From positions 1 through 64,000 of the forward strand of contig CAVVLJ010000002.1 in NCBI GenBank assembly GCA_963749075.1: DNA of 64,000 nt, read 5' to 3'. The DNA is from an uncultured Pseudomonadota bacterium. Lineage in GTDB: Bacteria > Pseudomonadota > Alphaproteobacteria > JACZXZ01. The translations under genes and the position numbers were made by a program. Numbering within the stretch: position 1 is the stretch's first letter; the number at the start of each line of letters is the position of its first letter. Of this stretch, positions 11,578 to 21,071 are shown one piece after another. The notes under the pieces were generated by a model that was not told the origin of the DNA, made no database searches, and saw only the letters and a program-made list of their open reading frames with translations.

Positions 11578-12756
11578 TCAATCGAGGCGGCCGCGGAGTG
11601 CATTGGCGAAGAGCGCCTCGTAGTTGGCCACCGAGAGCGGCGGCGGGTTGCCGCCGTTGTTGGGGTCCTCCGCCGCCATCTTGGCGAGCTCGGGGATGCG
11701 CGCCTCCTCGACGCCGAGGGCGGCTATGGTGTCGGGGATGGCGAGCTCGCGGCGGAGGGTCAGCACCCACTCGAGCACCGCCTCGAAGGAGCCGTGTGGC
11801 AGGGCGAGATAGCGCGCCGTGCGCGCCATCTTCTCCGCGATCGCAGCACGGTTGCGCAGCAGGACGTAGGGCATCACCACGGCGTTGGTCAGGCCGTGAT
11901 GGCTGTCGTAGAGGGCGCCGATCGGGTGGCTCATGGCGTGGATGGCGCCGAGGCCCTTCTGGAAGGCGGCGGCCCCCATGCTCGCAGCACTCAGCATATG
12001 GCCGCGCGCCGCGAGGTTGCCGCCTTGGCGGTAGGCCGTGGGCAGCCATTCCTTGATGAGCCGCATGCCCTCGAGGGCGATCCCCTCTGCGAGCGGATGG
12101 TAGGCGGGCGAGCAATAGGCCTCGAGATTGTGGGCGAGCGCGTCCATGCCGGTCGCCGCCGTGATGTGGGGCGGCAGGCCTAGCGTGAGCTCGGCATCCG
12201 AGATGACGACGCGCGGCATCATCTTCGGGTGGAAGATGATGTATTTGCGCGCCGTCGCCTCATTCAGGATGACCGCGGCACGCCCCACCTCGGAGCCCGT
12301 GCCGGCCGTGGTCGGCACCGCCACCACCGGACGGATGGCATCCGCGTCGGCGCGCGTCCACCAGTCGCCCACGTCCTCGAAGTCCCAGATGGGACGCCGC
12401 TGCCCGGCCTGGAAGGCGATCGCCTTGCCGGTGTCGAGAGCACTGCCGCCGCCCATGGCCACCACGCCGTCGTGGCCGCCCGCGGCGAGTGCCGCGATGC
12501 CGTCCGCGACGTTGCGGTAGACGGGATTGGGCTTGAGCGCGGAGAAGAGGCCGGGGCTCATGCCGGCGCTCGCGAGGAGATCGAGGGCGCGTTTCACCAT
12601 GGCGAGCTTGGCGAGGCCCGGGTCGGTGACGAGGAGCGGACGCTCGATGCCGGCCGCGGCGCAGGCCTCGGGCAGCTCCTTCAGGCGGCCGGCGCCGAAA
12701 CGCACGCTCGTTGGATAGCTCCAATTAGCGGTCGGGCAGGCGGTCTCCATGGGCAT
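11578..12756 (-). CDS. Iron-containing alcohol dehydrogenase
   Basis: NWSYPT.VRFG, GGGSALD, PTTAGTGSEV, GMDALAH, HHG motifs. Confidence 0.9.
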   Translation of the reverse strand: MPMETACPTANWSYPTSVRFGAGRLKELPEACAAAGIERPLLVTDPGLAKLAMVKRALDLLASAGMSPGLFSALKPNPVYRNVADGIAALAAGGHDGVVAMGGGSALDTGKAIAFQAGQRRPIWDFEDVGDWWTRADADAIRPVVAVPTTAGTGSEVGRAAVILNEATARKYIIFHPKMMPRVVISDAELTLGLPPHITAATGMDALAHNLEAYCSPAYHPLAEGIALEGMRLIKEWLPTAYRQGGNLAARGHMLSAASMGAAAFQKGLGAIHAMSHPIGALYDSHHGLTNAVVMPYVLLRNRAAIAEKMARTARYLALPHGSFEAVLEWVLTLRRELAIPDTIAALGVEEARIPELAKMAAEDPNNGGNPPPLSVANYEALFANALRGRLD

Positions 12757-12779
12757 CGCGGCGATCTTTCTCCTACGGC

Positions 12780-14144
12780 TCACGCGCGCTCGAAATAGCG
12801 CACCAGCTCCCAGTCGGTGACGCGGCGGTCGTATTCGGCCTGCTCCCAGCGCGCCGCATGGACGTAGTGGTCGATCACCTCGTCGCCGAAGGCCTTGCGC
12901 AGCGCCGTGGAGCCATCGAGCGCCTGGGTCGCCTCGCGCAGCGTCTTCGGCACCTCGCGGATCGAGCTCGCCGAATAGGCGTTGCCGGCAAAGGGATGCT
13001 CGAGCGCCAGGCGCTGCTCGATGCCGTAGAGGCCGGCGGCGACGACCGCGGCGAAGGCGAGATAGGGGTTCACGTCGGCGCCCGGGATGCGGCACTCGAC
13101 GCGCATGGCGCTGCCCTCGCCGAGCACGCGGAAGCCGGCCGTGCGGTTGTCGAAGCTCCACACCGCCTTGGTCGGCGCAAACGAGCCCGCCTGGAAGCGC
13201 TTGTAGGAGTTGACCGAGGGGGCGAGGAAGAGCGTCATGTCGCGGGCGAGCGCCAGCTGGCCCGCGAGATAGCGGCGGAAGAGCGCCGACATGCCGTGCG
13301 GCTCGCGCGCGTCGTGGAAGAGGGCTTTGCGGCCCTTGGCGTCCCATAGGGAGCTATGGAGATGGCTGCTGCTGCCGGCCAGCCCGTAGTCCCACTTGGC
13401 CATGAAGGTGACCGACTTGCCCTGGGCGTGGGCGATCTCCTTGACGCCGTTCTTGTAGATGGCGTGGCGGTCGGCCATCTCGAGGGCCTCGGCATAGACG
13501 AGGTTGATCTCCGCCTGGCCGGGGCCCCACTCGCCCTTGGAGGATTCGACGGGGATGCCGGCCGCGTCCATGCCGTTGCGGATGGCGCGCACCAGCCCCT
13601 CCTCCTTCGACGTCTGGAAGATGTGGTAGTCCTCGAAGTACCAGCCGGCCGGCTTGACGCCCTTGTAGCCCTTCTGGCGCGCGCCGTCGAAGCTGTCTTC
13701 GAAGATGTAGAACTCGAGCTCCGAGGCTGTCTTGGCGACGTAGCCGGCCTCTGCGAGCCGGCCGAGCTGGCGCTTCAAGATGCTGCGCGGGGCGTGCGGC
13801 ACGTCCTGGCCCTCGTGGTCGACGACGTCGCCGAGCACGAGTGCCGTGCCCGGAAGCCACGGGATGCGGCGCAGCGTGGCGAGGTCCGGGCGGATCGTGA
13901 AGTCGCCGTAGCCCTTGTCCCAGGAGGCCGCCTTGAAGCCCGGCACCGGCTCCATCTCCATGTCCACGGCGAGGAGATAGTCGCAGGCATGGCTGCCCTC
14001 GGCCAGGCTGTCGAGGAAGTGATGGCCGGTCGTGCGCTTGCCCACGAGGCGGCCCTGCATGTCGACGAAGGCGACGAGGACGGTGTCGATCTCCTTGGCG
14101 TCGATGAGCCGCTTGAGCGCGTCGAGGTCGAGATTGCCCGCCAT
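12780..14144 (-). CDS. Glutamine synthetase-family protein (gamma-glutamyl-amine ligase-like)
   Basis: DMQGRLVGKR, ELEF, GEWGPGQ.EIN, TFMAK, NSYKRF, ECRIPGADVNPY, DWEL.RYFER. Confidence 0.9.
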   Translation of the reverse strand: MAGNLDLDALKRLIDAKEIDTVLVAFVDMQGRLVGKRTTGHHFLDSLAEGSHACDYLLAVDMEMEPVPGFKAASWDKGYGDFTIRPDLATLRRIPWLPGTALVLGDVVDHEGQDVPHAPRSILKRQLGRLAEAGYVAKTASELEFYIFEDSFDGARQKGYKGVKPAGWYFEDYHIFQTSKEEGLVRAIRNGMDAAGIPVESSKGEWGPGQAEINLVYAEALEMADRHAIYKNGVKEIAHAQGKSVTFMAKWDYGLAGSSSHLHSSLWDAKGRKALFHDAREPHGMSALFRRYLAGQLALARDMTLFLAPSVNSYKRFQAGSFAPTKAVWSFDNRTAGFRVLGEGSAMRVECRIPGADVNPYLAFAAVVAAGLYGIEQRLALEHPFAGNAYSASSIREVPKTLREATQALDGSTALRKAFGDEVIDHYVHAARWEQAEYDRRVTDWELVRYFERA

Positions 14145-14233
14145 GTCCGTCCCCGCCTGGTGCCGGTCTTTCTCGCCCCGGATTGTCGCCCGTTCCCTCC
14201 CCCTTCCGCAATCGCCCTCATCGTCCGCTCCGC

Positions 14234-14331
14234 ACCCCCCCCCAACCCTCCCCCTCAAGGGGGGAGGGGGCACTCCCGAGCATGGCAATACTTTCCCCTC
14301 CCCCCTTGAGGGAGAGGGTAGGGTGGGGGGT
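14234..14331. repeat. REP-like paired palindrome, family A
   Basis: CCAACCCTCCCCCTCAAGGGGGGAGGG ... CCCTCCCCCCTTGAGGGAGAGGGTAGGGTGGGGG. Confidence 0.8.
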
Positions 14332-14365
14332 AGAAGATTTGCTATGCTGGCCGCCGAGGGGGAGC

Positions 14366-15304
14366 ATGGCGCCGAGGAAGATCATCCACGATTGCGATCC
14401 GGGTCAGGACGACGCGCTGGCGCTCCTCCTCGAGCTCGCCTCGCCCGGCGAGATCGAGCTCGAGGCGGTGACCACCGTGGCCGGCAACGTGCCGCTCGAG
14501 CGCACGACCGAGAACGCGCGCCGCATCGTCGAGCTTGCCGGCCACTCCGACATGCCCGTCCATCCCGGCTGCCCGCGTCCCCTCAGGCGGCCTCTCCTGA
14601 CCGCCGCGCACGTGCATGACGAGAGCGGGCTCGAGGGCTCGGGTCTGCCGCCTGCGTGGCTCCATCCCGAGGAGACGCACGCGGTCGATTATCTCGTCGA
14701 GACGCTCAGCAGGGGCGGGGAGCCCCGCACGCTCATCGCCACCGGCCCGCTCACCAATATCGCGAGCGCCCTCGTGGCGGCACCCGGGATCGCCGCGGGC
14801 ATCGCCGAGATACTGCTCATGGGCGGCGCCCTCGGCCGCGGCAATGCGACGCCGTCGGCCGAGTTCAATTTCCACGTCGACCCCGATGCGGCGGCGATCG
14901 TCTTCTCGGCCGGCCTGCCGCTCACCATGCTCGGTCTCGACGTGACCCGCCAGGCGGTTGCCACGCCCGCGCGCATAGCCCTCCTCGAGGCGCTCGACAA
15001 TCCGGCCGCCGCCGCCGCCGCCGGCATGCTGCGCTTCGGCCTCGACCGCGCCGAGGCGCTTGGCGAGGACGGGCCGCTCGTGCACGACCTCCTGGTGCCC
15101 GCCTATCTCCTCGCGCCGCAGCTCTTCCGCGCGCGGCGGGCCCATCTCCGCATCGTCGCCTGGGGCGAGAGCGATCTCGGGCGCAGCGTCGAGCTCACCG
15201 GCGAGGCGGCCAACGCCACGGTGGTCGAAGCGGTCGACGCCGAGCGCCTCTTTGCCTTCGTCTTGCAGCGCTACGCGCGCTATCCACGGCGCACAGGTCC
15301 TTGA
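14366..15304 (+). CDS. Nucleoside hydrolase (IU-NH family)
   Basis: DCDPGQDDALA, TTVAGNV, GPLTNIA, AEFNF..DP.AA, HD. Confidence 0.9.
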   Translation: MAPRKIIHDCDPGQDDALALLLELASPGEIELEAVTTVAGNVPLERTTENARRIVELAGHSDMPVHPGCPRPLRRPLLTAAHVHDESGLEGSGLPPAWLHPEETHAVDYLVETLSRGGEPRTLIATGPLTNIASALVAAPGIAAGIAEILLMGGALGRGNATPSAEFNFHVDPDAAAIVFSAGLPLTMLGLDVTRQAVATPARIALLEALDNPAAAAAAGMLRFGLDRAEALGEDGPLVHDLLVPAYLLAPQLFRARRAHLRIVAWGESDLGRSVELTGEAANATVVEAVDAERLFAFVLQRYARYPRRTGP

Positions 15305-15402
15305 TCGGGCGCTCGTTTTGCGCTTCCGCGGGGGTTCGAATCGCGCTTGAATGCCCGGCAAGGGCCGAGCGCAGGCCCGGAACGCAGAGGGAGAGTCCCG
15401 CC

Positions 15403-15870
15403 GTGGCGCACGCCCGTATCCGCAAGTTTCGCACCAACAGCTACTATCCCGACCAGAAGCTCGGCATCGACCTCAGCATGGCCGTGCGCGCCGGCAACCA
15501 CGTCTTCCTGCGCGGCCAGACCGCCATGGCCTTCGACGGCTCGATCGTGGGCGTGGGCGATCCCGAGGCCCAGACCGAGCACGCGATGAGCTGCGTCAAG
15601 CTCCTCCTCGAGGAGGCCGGGGCCAGGCTCGAGCACATCTGCAAGATCCACATCTACGTCGTCGATCGCGCCTACCGCGAGCCGGTCTATCGCGTGGTGG
15701 GCAAGTGGCTGCAAGGCGTCTATCCTTGCTCGACCGGGCTCATCGTCAGCGGGCTTGCGCGTCCCGAGCTCCTCATGGAGATCGACGTGGATGCGGTGAT
15801 TCCCGAGGACGAGGCGCCGGCCAGGCCGCGCGTCGGGGGGCGTGCGAAGAAGGGGGGGAGCCGCGCATGA
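15403..15870 (+). CDS. RidA/YjgF-family protein
   Basis: VFLRGQ, YREPVY.V.GKWL.GVYPCSTGL.V.GLARPELL.EIDV; GTG start. Confidence 0.85.
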   Translation: MAHARIRKFRTNSYYPDQKLGIDLSMAVRAGNHVFLRGQTAMAFDGSIVGVGDPEAQTEHAMSCVKLLLEEAGARLEHICKIHIYVVDRAYREPVYRVVGKWLQGVYPCSTGLIVSGLARPELLMEIDVDAVIPEDEAPARPRVGGRAKKGGSRA

Positions 15871-16544
15871 CCTTTTCGATCGTCGGCCGCTGCGCGCGCA
15901 CCGGCATGGTGGGCATGGCGATCTCGACGTCGAGCATCGCGGTGACCGGGCGCTGCGCCTGGGTGCGCGCAGGAGTGGGCGCCGTCGCCACCCAGAACGT
16001 GACCGATCCGGTCTTGGGCGTGCAGATTCTCGATCTCATGGAGGAGGGGGCACCGCCCGAGCTCGCCATCCGGGAGGTGGTGGCGGGTGCCCGCCACGTG
16101 GCCTACCGCCAGCTCGCCGCCGTCGACCGCCACGGCCGTGCCGCCCATTACACCGGCGCCAAGGCCTTGGGCACCGCGAATGCGGCCTCGGGCCCCGACT
16201 GCGCCGCTGCCGGCAACATCCTCGCCAACCGCGATGTGCCCGCCGCCATGGTGCGCGTCTTCGAGAGCGACGGCGACGTGCATCTCGCCGAGCGCCTCTT
16301 GCGCGCGCTCGAGGCAGGCCTGGTCGCGGGCGGCGAGCGCGGGTCGGTGCATTCCGCCGGCCTCGTCGTGGCGGCGGATCAGCTGTGGCCGGTCGTCAAC
16401 CTGCGCGTGGACTGGGCCGAGGCGGCGCCGATCAACCAGCTCCGCGCCCTCTGGGAGGCCTACGAGCCGCAGATGCAGGACTTCGTCACGCGCGCCCTCG
16501 ACCCCGATTCGGCGCGCCTCTTCAGCGCCGGAGGGCAGCGCTAG
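15867..16544 (+). CDS. DUF1028-family (Ntn-hydrolase-like) protein
   Basis: MTFSIVGRC, GVGAVATQN, AAGNIL, AGGE.G..HSA, LRVDW; ATGA overlap with the RidA gene. Confidence 0.87.
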   Translation: MTFSIVGRCARTGMVGMAISTSSIAVTGRCAWVRAGVGAVATQNVTDPVLGVQILDLMEEGAPPELAIREVVAGARHVAYRQLAAVDRHGRAAHYTGAKALGTANAASGPDCAAAGNILANRDVPAAMVRVFESDGDVHLAERLLRALEAGLVAGGERGSVHSAGLVVAADQLWPVVNLRVDWAEAAPINQLRALWEAYEPQMQDFVTRALDPDSARLFSAGGQR

Positions 16545-16545
16545 C

Positions 16546-16643
16546 GGCGCCGCTCTCCCTCACCCGGCCGCTTCGCGGCCACCCTCTCCCGCATGCGGGA
16601 GAGGGAAGGGGCCCATCGCGCAAGCGATGGGAAGGGTGAGGGA
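16546..16643 (+). repeat. REP-like element, family B, copy 1
   Basis: CCCTCACCCGGCCGCTTCGCGGCCACCCTCTCCCGCATGCGGGAGAGGG...GGGTGAGGG; near-identical inverted copy at 18665-18761. Confidence 0.85.
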
Positions 16644-16646
16644 GAG

Positions 16647-17606
16647 CTACGCCTTCCAACCCGGCATGGCGAAGCCGCGCTGGTCGAGCTCGGCGTCGAG
16701 GGCGGCGGCTTGCTCAGGCGAGAGCTCCACGAGCGGCGGCCGCACCGTGCGCCAGGCGCCGTCGCCGCCGAAGCGCGCCACCGTATGCTTCAAGGCCGGG
16801 ATCATGGGGAACTTCTGCATGGCGAAGCGCAGGTCGTTGAGCTTCTCCTGGCGCGCGTCGGCGTCGGCCTCCTGCCAATGGGCGTAGAGCCCGTGGATCG
16901 CCGCCGGGTTGATGTTGGCGGTGGCGCTGATGCAGCCCACCCCGCCGCCGCGCATGTTGGCTAAGAGGAAGGCCTCGGACCCTGCGAAGACGTCGAAGGT
17001 GCCGCCGAAGGCCTTGAGCATGGCCGCGGTGTTCTGCCAGTCGCCCGAGCTGTCCTTGACGCCGGCGACGGTGCCCGGATAGACCTTGAGCAGGCGCTCG
17101 ATGAGCGCAAGGCTGATCGGCACCTGGGAGACCGGCGGGATGTGGTAGAGGTAGATCCTGAGCCGGCGGTCGCCCACCCGCTCGATCACCTCCGCGAAAT
17201 TGCGATAGAGCCCGTCGTCGCTCACCCCCTTGTAGTAGAAGGGCGGCAGCATGAGCACGCCGGCCACGCCGTGCTCGACGGCACGGCGCGTGAGCTTCAC
17301 CGAATCGACGAGCGCGCAGCAGCCCGTTCCCGGCATCATGACGGCGGGATCGATCTTGGCCGCGACGAGCATATCGAGGAGCTCGAGGCGCTCCTCGAGG
17401 CCGAGCGAGTTGGCCTCGCTGTTGGTGCCGAACACGGCGAGGCCGCAGCTCTGCGAGACGAGCCAACGGCAGTGGCGGACGAGCCGCTCGCCGTCGACCG
17501 AAAGATCGCTCTTGAAGGGGGTCACCACCGGCGAGAGCACGCCGCGGATGCGCGGGCGGACGCGCTCGCGCGGCTCTGGCAGGGTTGCGGTTGCGGTATC
17601 CGGCAT
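16647..17606 (-). CDS. Dihydrodipicolinate synthase/N-acetylneuraminate lyase family protein
   Basis: VVTPF, FGTNSE, LPPFYYK, YLYHIP, G.KDSSGD. Confidence 0.9.
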   Translation of the reverse strand: MPDTATATLPEPRERVRPRIRGVLSPVVTPFKSDLSVDGERLVRHCRWLVSQSCGLAVFGTNSEANSLGLEERLELLDMLVAAKIDPAVMMPGTGCCALVDSVKLTRRAVEHGVAGVLMLPPFYYKGVSDDGLYRNFAEVIERVGDRRLRIYLYHIPPVSQVPISLALIERLLKVYPGTVAGVKDSSGDWQNTAAMLKAFGGTFDVFAGSEAFLLANMRGGGVGCISATANINPAAIHGLYAHWQEADADARQEKLNDLRFAMQKFPMIPALKHTVARFGGDGAWRTVRPPLVELSPEQAAALDAELDQRGFAMPGWKA

Positions 17607-17626
17607 GTCGTCCTCCGTCGTTCGCT

Positions 17627-18583
17627 TCAGGCGTAGCCCTCGCGCAGCCGGCTCTCGACATAGGCGCCGCTCTGGATCGGCTGGTAGCGCGGCAGGGCGT
17701 CGGGCTCCTTGCAGCCCGGCAGGCAATCGACCAGCACCTCCGGGTTGGGATGGAAGAAGAAGGGCAGCGAGTAGCGCGAGCCCGCGTGGCGGGTCAAGAC
17801 CCGGTGCTGGGTGGCGCGGAAGAGATCGTTCGTCCAGCGCGCCATCAGCTCGCCGATGTTGCACACGAAGGCGCCCGGCATGGGCACCGCGTCGATCCAT
17901 TTGCCGCTGCTGTTCTGCACCTGGAGGCCGCCCACCTGGTCCTGGGCCAGGATGGTGAGATAGCCGTAGTCCGAGTGGGCACCGCAGCCCACGTCGGGGA
18001 ACGGCGCCTCGCTCGGCAGCGCCGGGCGCGGCGGGTAATGGAGGAGCCGCAGGATCGCGGTCGGGTGGTCGAGGCGGCTCGCGAAGAAATCCTCGGGCAG
18101 CTCGAGGGCGAGTGCGAAGGCAAGCGAGAGGCGCCGCCCGAGGCCGCAGAGCGCCTCGTAATAGGCGTTCAGCACGGGCCTCAGGCGCGCGGGCCGCGCC
18201 GGCCACTGGTTGGGCCCGCGCAAATGCGCGAAGGGTGCGGCAGCGAGGTCCGAAGGCGGCAGCTCGAGCGAGATGTCGAAGCCCTCCTTGGGGTCGGCGC
18301 CGACCGCGGGGTCGGTGGTCTCGCCGCCGAGCGGCAGATAGCCGCGGAACCAGGGCGAGCGCTTCATCGCGACCGCCATCTTCTCCTCGAGCGGGAGGGC
18401 GAAGAGCTCGCGCGCCACGGCGAAGACCTCGCCGCGGAGCGCCTCGTCGATGCCGTGGTTGACCACGTAGAAGAAGCCCACGTGCCGGCAGGCCTCGCCG
18501 ATGCGCGCGGCGCATTCGCGCCGCCCCTCGCCCGCGGCGAGCGGGGAGACATCGATGACGGGGATGGCGTCGAAGTCCTTCAT
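17627..18583 (-). CDS. 2-oxoglutarate/Fe(II) dioxygenase (isopenicillin N synthase-like)
   Basis: IPVID, GFFYV.NHG, HSDYG.LTIL.QD..GGLQV, HRV, RYS.PFF. Confidence 0.9.
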   Translation of the reverse strand: MKDFDAIPVIDVSPLAAGEGRRECAARIGEACRHVGFFYVVNHGIDEALRGEVFAVARELFALPLEEKMAVAMKRSPWFRGYLPLGGETTDPAVGADPKEGFDISLELPPSDLAAAPFAHLRGPNQWPARPARLRPVLNAYYEALCGLGRRLSLAFALALELPEDFFASRLDHPTAILRLLHYPPRPALPSEAPFPDVGCGAHSDYGYLTILAQDQVGGLQVQNSSGKWIDAVPMPGAFVCNIGELMARWTNDLFRATQHRVLTRHAGSRYSLPFFFHPNPEVLVDCLPGCKEPDALPRYQPIQSGAYVESRLREGYA

Positions 18584-18664
18584 GGCGGGGTTCTCGCTTG
18601 TTCGCAACGGATTTTAGCACGGCGCCGTCGGGCGGCGCAGCTTCATCGTGGAGCGGCGGCGGGG

Positions 18665-18761
18665 TCCCTCACCCTTCCCGTCGCTACGCGACGGGCCCCT
18701 TCCCTCTCCCGCTTGCGGGAGAGGGTGGCCGCGAAGCGGCCGGGTGAGGGAGAGCCGCGCC
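18665..18761 (-). repeat. REP-like element, family B, copy 2 (inverted relative to copy 1)
   Basis: Reverse complement nearly identical to 16546-16643. Confidence 0.85.
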
Positions 18762-20405
18762 CTGCCGCTCGACCTCCCGGGCGCGCAGCTCGCGGCGCAG
18801 GATCTTGCCGGTCGCGGTCATGGGGAGTGCCTCTACGAACTCGACGAGGCGCGGATATTCGTGCGCCGCGAGCCGCGTCCTGACGAACTCCTGGATGTCG
18901 CGGGCGAGCTCGGGCGAGGGCACGACGCCCGGCGCCGGCACGACGATGACCTTGACGATCTCGGTGCGCAGCGCATCCGGCACGCCGATCGCCGCGGCCA
19001 TGGCCACGGAAGGATGCTTCAAGAGGCAGTCCTCGATCTCGCTCGGCCCGATGCGGTAGCCGGCCGAGGTGATGATGTCATCGGCGCGCCCCTTGAACCA
19101 GAAATAGCCGTCCGCGTCCTTCTCCGCCACGTCGCCGGTCAAGAGCCAGCCGCGCGCGTACTTGGCGCGCGTCGCCTCGGGGTTGCGCCAGTACTCGAGC
19201 AGCATGACGGGATCGGGCCGCCGCACGCCGACGATGCCGGCGCTGCCCGGCGGTAGCGGGTTGCCCGCCTCATCCACCACCTCGACGACGTGGCCCGGCA
19301 CGGGCCTGCCCATCGAGCCCGCGCGAACCGGCATCACCGCAGCACAGTTGCCCAGCACGAGATTGCACTCGGTCTGGCCGTAGCCCTCGTTGATGGTGAC
19401 GCCGAGCGTCTCGCGCCCCCAGGCGAGGAGCTCCTCGCCCATGGCCTCGCCGCCGGTGAAGATGGAGCGGATGGCGTAGGACCAGCGCTGCCGCGGCTCC
19501 GGCACCTGGCGCATGAGCTTGAGCGCCGTCGGCGGCAGGAAGAGGTTGCGCACGCGGTGCTCGGCGATGAGGCGGAAGGCGAGCTCGGGCTCGAACTTGC
19601 GCATGCGGCAGGCGAGCACTGGGATGCCGTGGAACCAGGCCGGCAGCAGCACGTCGAGGAGACCGCCGATCCACGCCCAGTTGGCCGGCGTCCAGAAGAG
19701 GTCGCCTTCTTGCGGCGGGAACTCGTGGTAGAACTCGACGCCGGTCAGATGGCCGAGCAGCACGCGCTGGGCGTGGAGCGCCCCCTTGGGCGGACCGGTG
19801 GTGCCCGAGGTGTAGATGATGAGCGCCGGGTCGTCGGCGGCGCTGTCGAGCGACGGGAAGCGGTCCGAGGCCTTGGCCAGCGCCGCGGCGAAATCGATTG
19901 CGTGCGGCGGCAGGGGCGAGCGGCTCTCCTCGCCGCGCGCGACAACGACGAGGGCGAGCTCGGGCAGGCGCTCGCGCAAAGCCGCGATCTTGGGGAAATT
20001 GGCCTCGTCGGTCAGCACCGCCTTGGCGCCCGAGTGGGCGAGGCGGTACTCGAGCGCGTCGGCGCCGAAGAGCGTGAAGAGCGGCAGTGCGATGATGCCC
20101 GCCTTGTAGCAGGCCATATGGGCGACCGCGGCCTCGGGCGATTGCGGGAGCAGGATGGCAAGGCGGTCGCCGCGGCCGACCGCGTGCGCCGCGAGCGCAT
20201 TGGCAAAGCGGCTCGCCAGCGCCTCGATCTCTGCGAAGCTGTAGCGCCGGAGCCTGCCGTCCGCCTCGAGGAAGAGGAGGGCCGGTGCTGAGCCCTTCGC
20301 CGCCGCGTGGCGCTCGCAGCAGGCCCGCGCCATGTTGAAGCGCTGCGGCACGCGCCAGCGGAAGCGCCCGTAGACCTCGTCGTAGCTCTTGCCCGCCTCG
20401 AGCAT
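18684..20405 (-). CDS. Acyl-CoA synthetase (AMP-forming)
   Basis: YTSGTTGPPKG, YGQTE, TGD, GRADD, GYRIGP.EIE, TGKI.R; C-terminus runs into repeat B copy 2. Confidence 0.9.
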   Translation of the reverse strand: MLEAGKSYDEVYGRFRWRVPQRFNMARACCERHAAAKGSAPALLFLEADGRLRRYSFAEIEALASRFANALAAHAVGRGDRLAILLPQSPEAAVAHMACYKAGIIALPLFTLFGADALEYRLAHSGAKAVLTDEANFPKIAALRERLPELALVVVARGEESRSPLPPHAIDFAAALAKASDRFPSLDSAADDPALIIYTSGTTGPPKGALHAQRVLLGHLTGVEFYHEFPPQEGDLFWTPANWAWIGGLLDVLLPAWFHGIPVLACRMRKFEPELAFRLIAEHRVRNLFLPPTALKLMRQVPEPRQRWSYAIRSIFTGGEAMGEELLAWGRETLGVTINEGYGQTECNLVLGNCAAVMPVRAGSMGRPVPGHVVEVVDEAGNPLPPGSAGIVGVRRPDPVMLLEYWRNPEATRAKYARGWLLTGDVAEKDADGYFWFKGRADDIITSAGYRIGPSEIEDCLLKHPSVAMAAAIGVPDALRTEIVKVIVVPAPGVVPSPELARDIQEFVRTRLAAHEYPRLVEFVEALPMTATGKILRRELRAREVERQGAALPHPAASRPPSPASGRGKGPVA

Positions 20406-20478
20406 GGCTCCTCGCCCGGCAACGGCGGCGATCATAGCCGGCGGAGGGCACCCCCGGGTAGCGCCGATGGCGCCGCGA

Positions 20479-20991
20479 TCAATCTTGCGGGAGCGTCGCG
20501 ACGAGCGCCTCGCAGCGCGCGATATTGGCCTCGTGCGCGCCGCGCATGCCCATGAGGGCCGCGTGGATGCGGTCGTCCTTGATGCGTGGCAGCGCCGTGC
20601 TGAGCTTGCGCACCACCCAGGCCTGGCCGCGCTCGAGGAAGGCGAGGCGGGCGGCGAAGCCCGGGATCGCCATAGCCTTGTCGTAGAAGGCGCCGACTTG
20701 CGCGCTCGGCTCGGCGCCGACGCCTTTGATGAGGCGCTCGAGCATAACGGCAAAGCGTGCCTCGTCGCGGCGTACGACCTCGAGAAGCGCGGTTCCGGCG
20801 GCACTCGGGCTCGCCGCGAGGAATGCCTCGGCCAGCCGCTCGCCCGCGCGCTCGCCCTCGAGCAGCGTATTGAGGAGCGTTACGAGCTCCGCGTCGGCGA
20901 GATACCCGGCATAGTACTGTGCCATCTCGTGGGCATAGCAGGCGGGCGAGCTGAACTCGCCGCCGCCGGCCCTGTCATTATCGTCTGTCAT
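20479..20991 (-). CDS. Hypothetical ferritin-like protein (DUF6306-like)
   Basis: SSPACY, LN.LLEGERAG, DEA, GAFY.KAMAI, FL.RGQ.WV.RKL, H..NI. Confidence 0.75.
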   Translation of the reverse strand: MTDDNDRAGGGEFSSPACYAHEMAQYYAGYLADAELVTLLNTLLEGERAGERLAEAFLAASPSAAGTALLEVVRRDEARFAVMLERLIKGVGAEPSAQVGAFYDKAMAIPGFAARLAFLERGQAWVVRKLSTALPRIKDDRIHAALMGMRGAHEANIARCEALVATLPQD

Positions 20992-21071
20992 GGCCTGGTC
21001 TCCCGGCTTGCGCATTGACTGCAATAATGCGCGGCGGAGCGGCGAAGGCAAGGGCGCGCGCCGCAGCTTTC

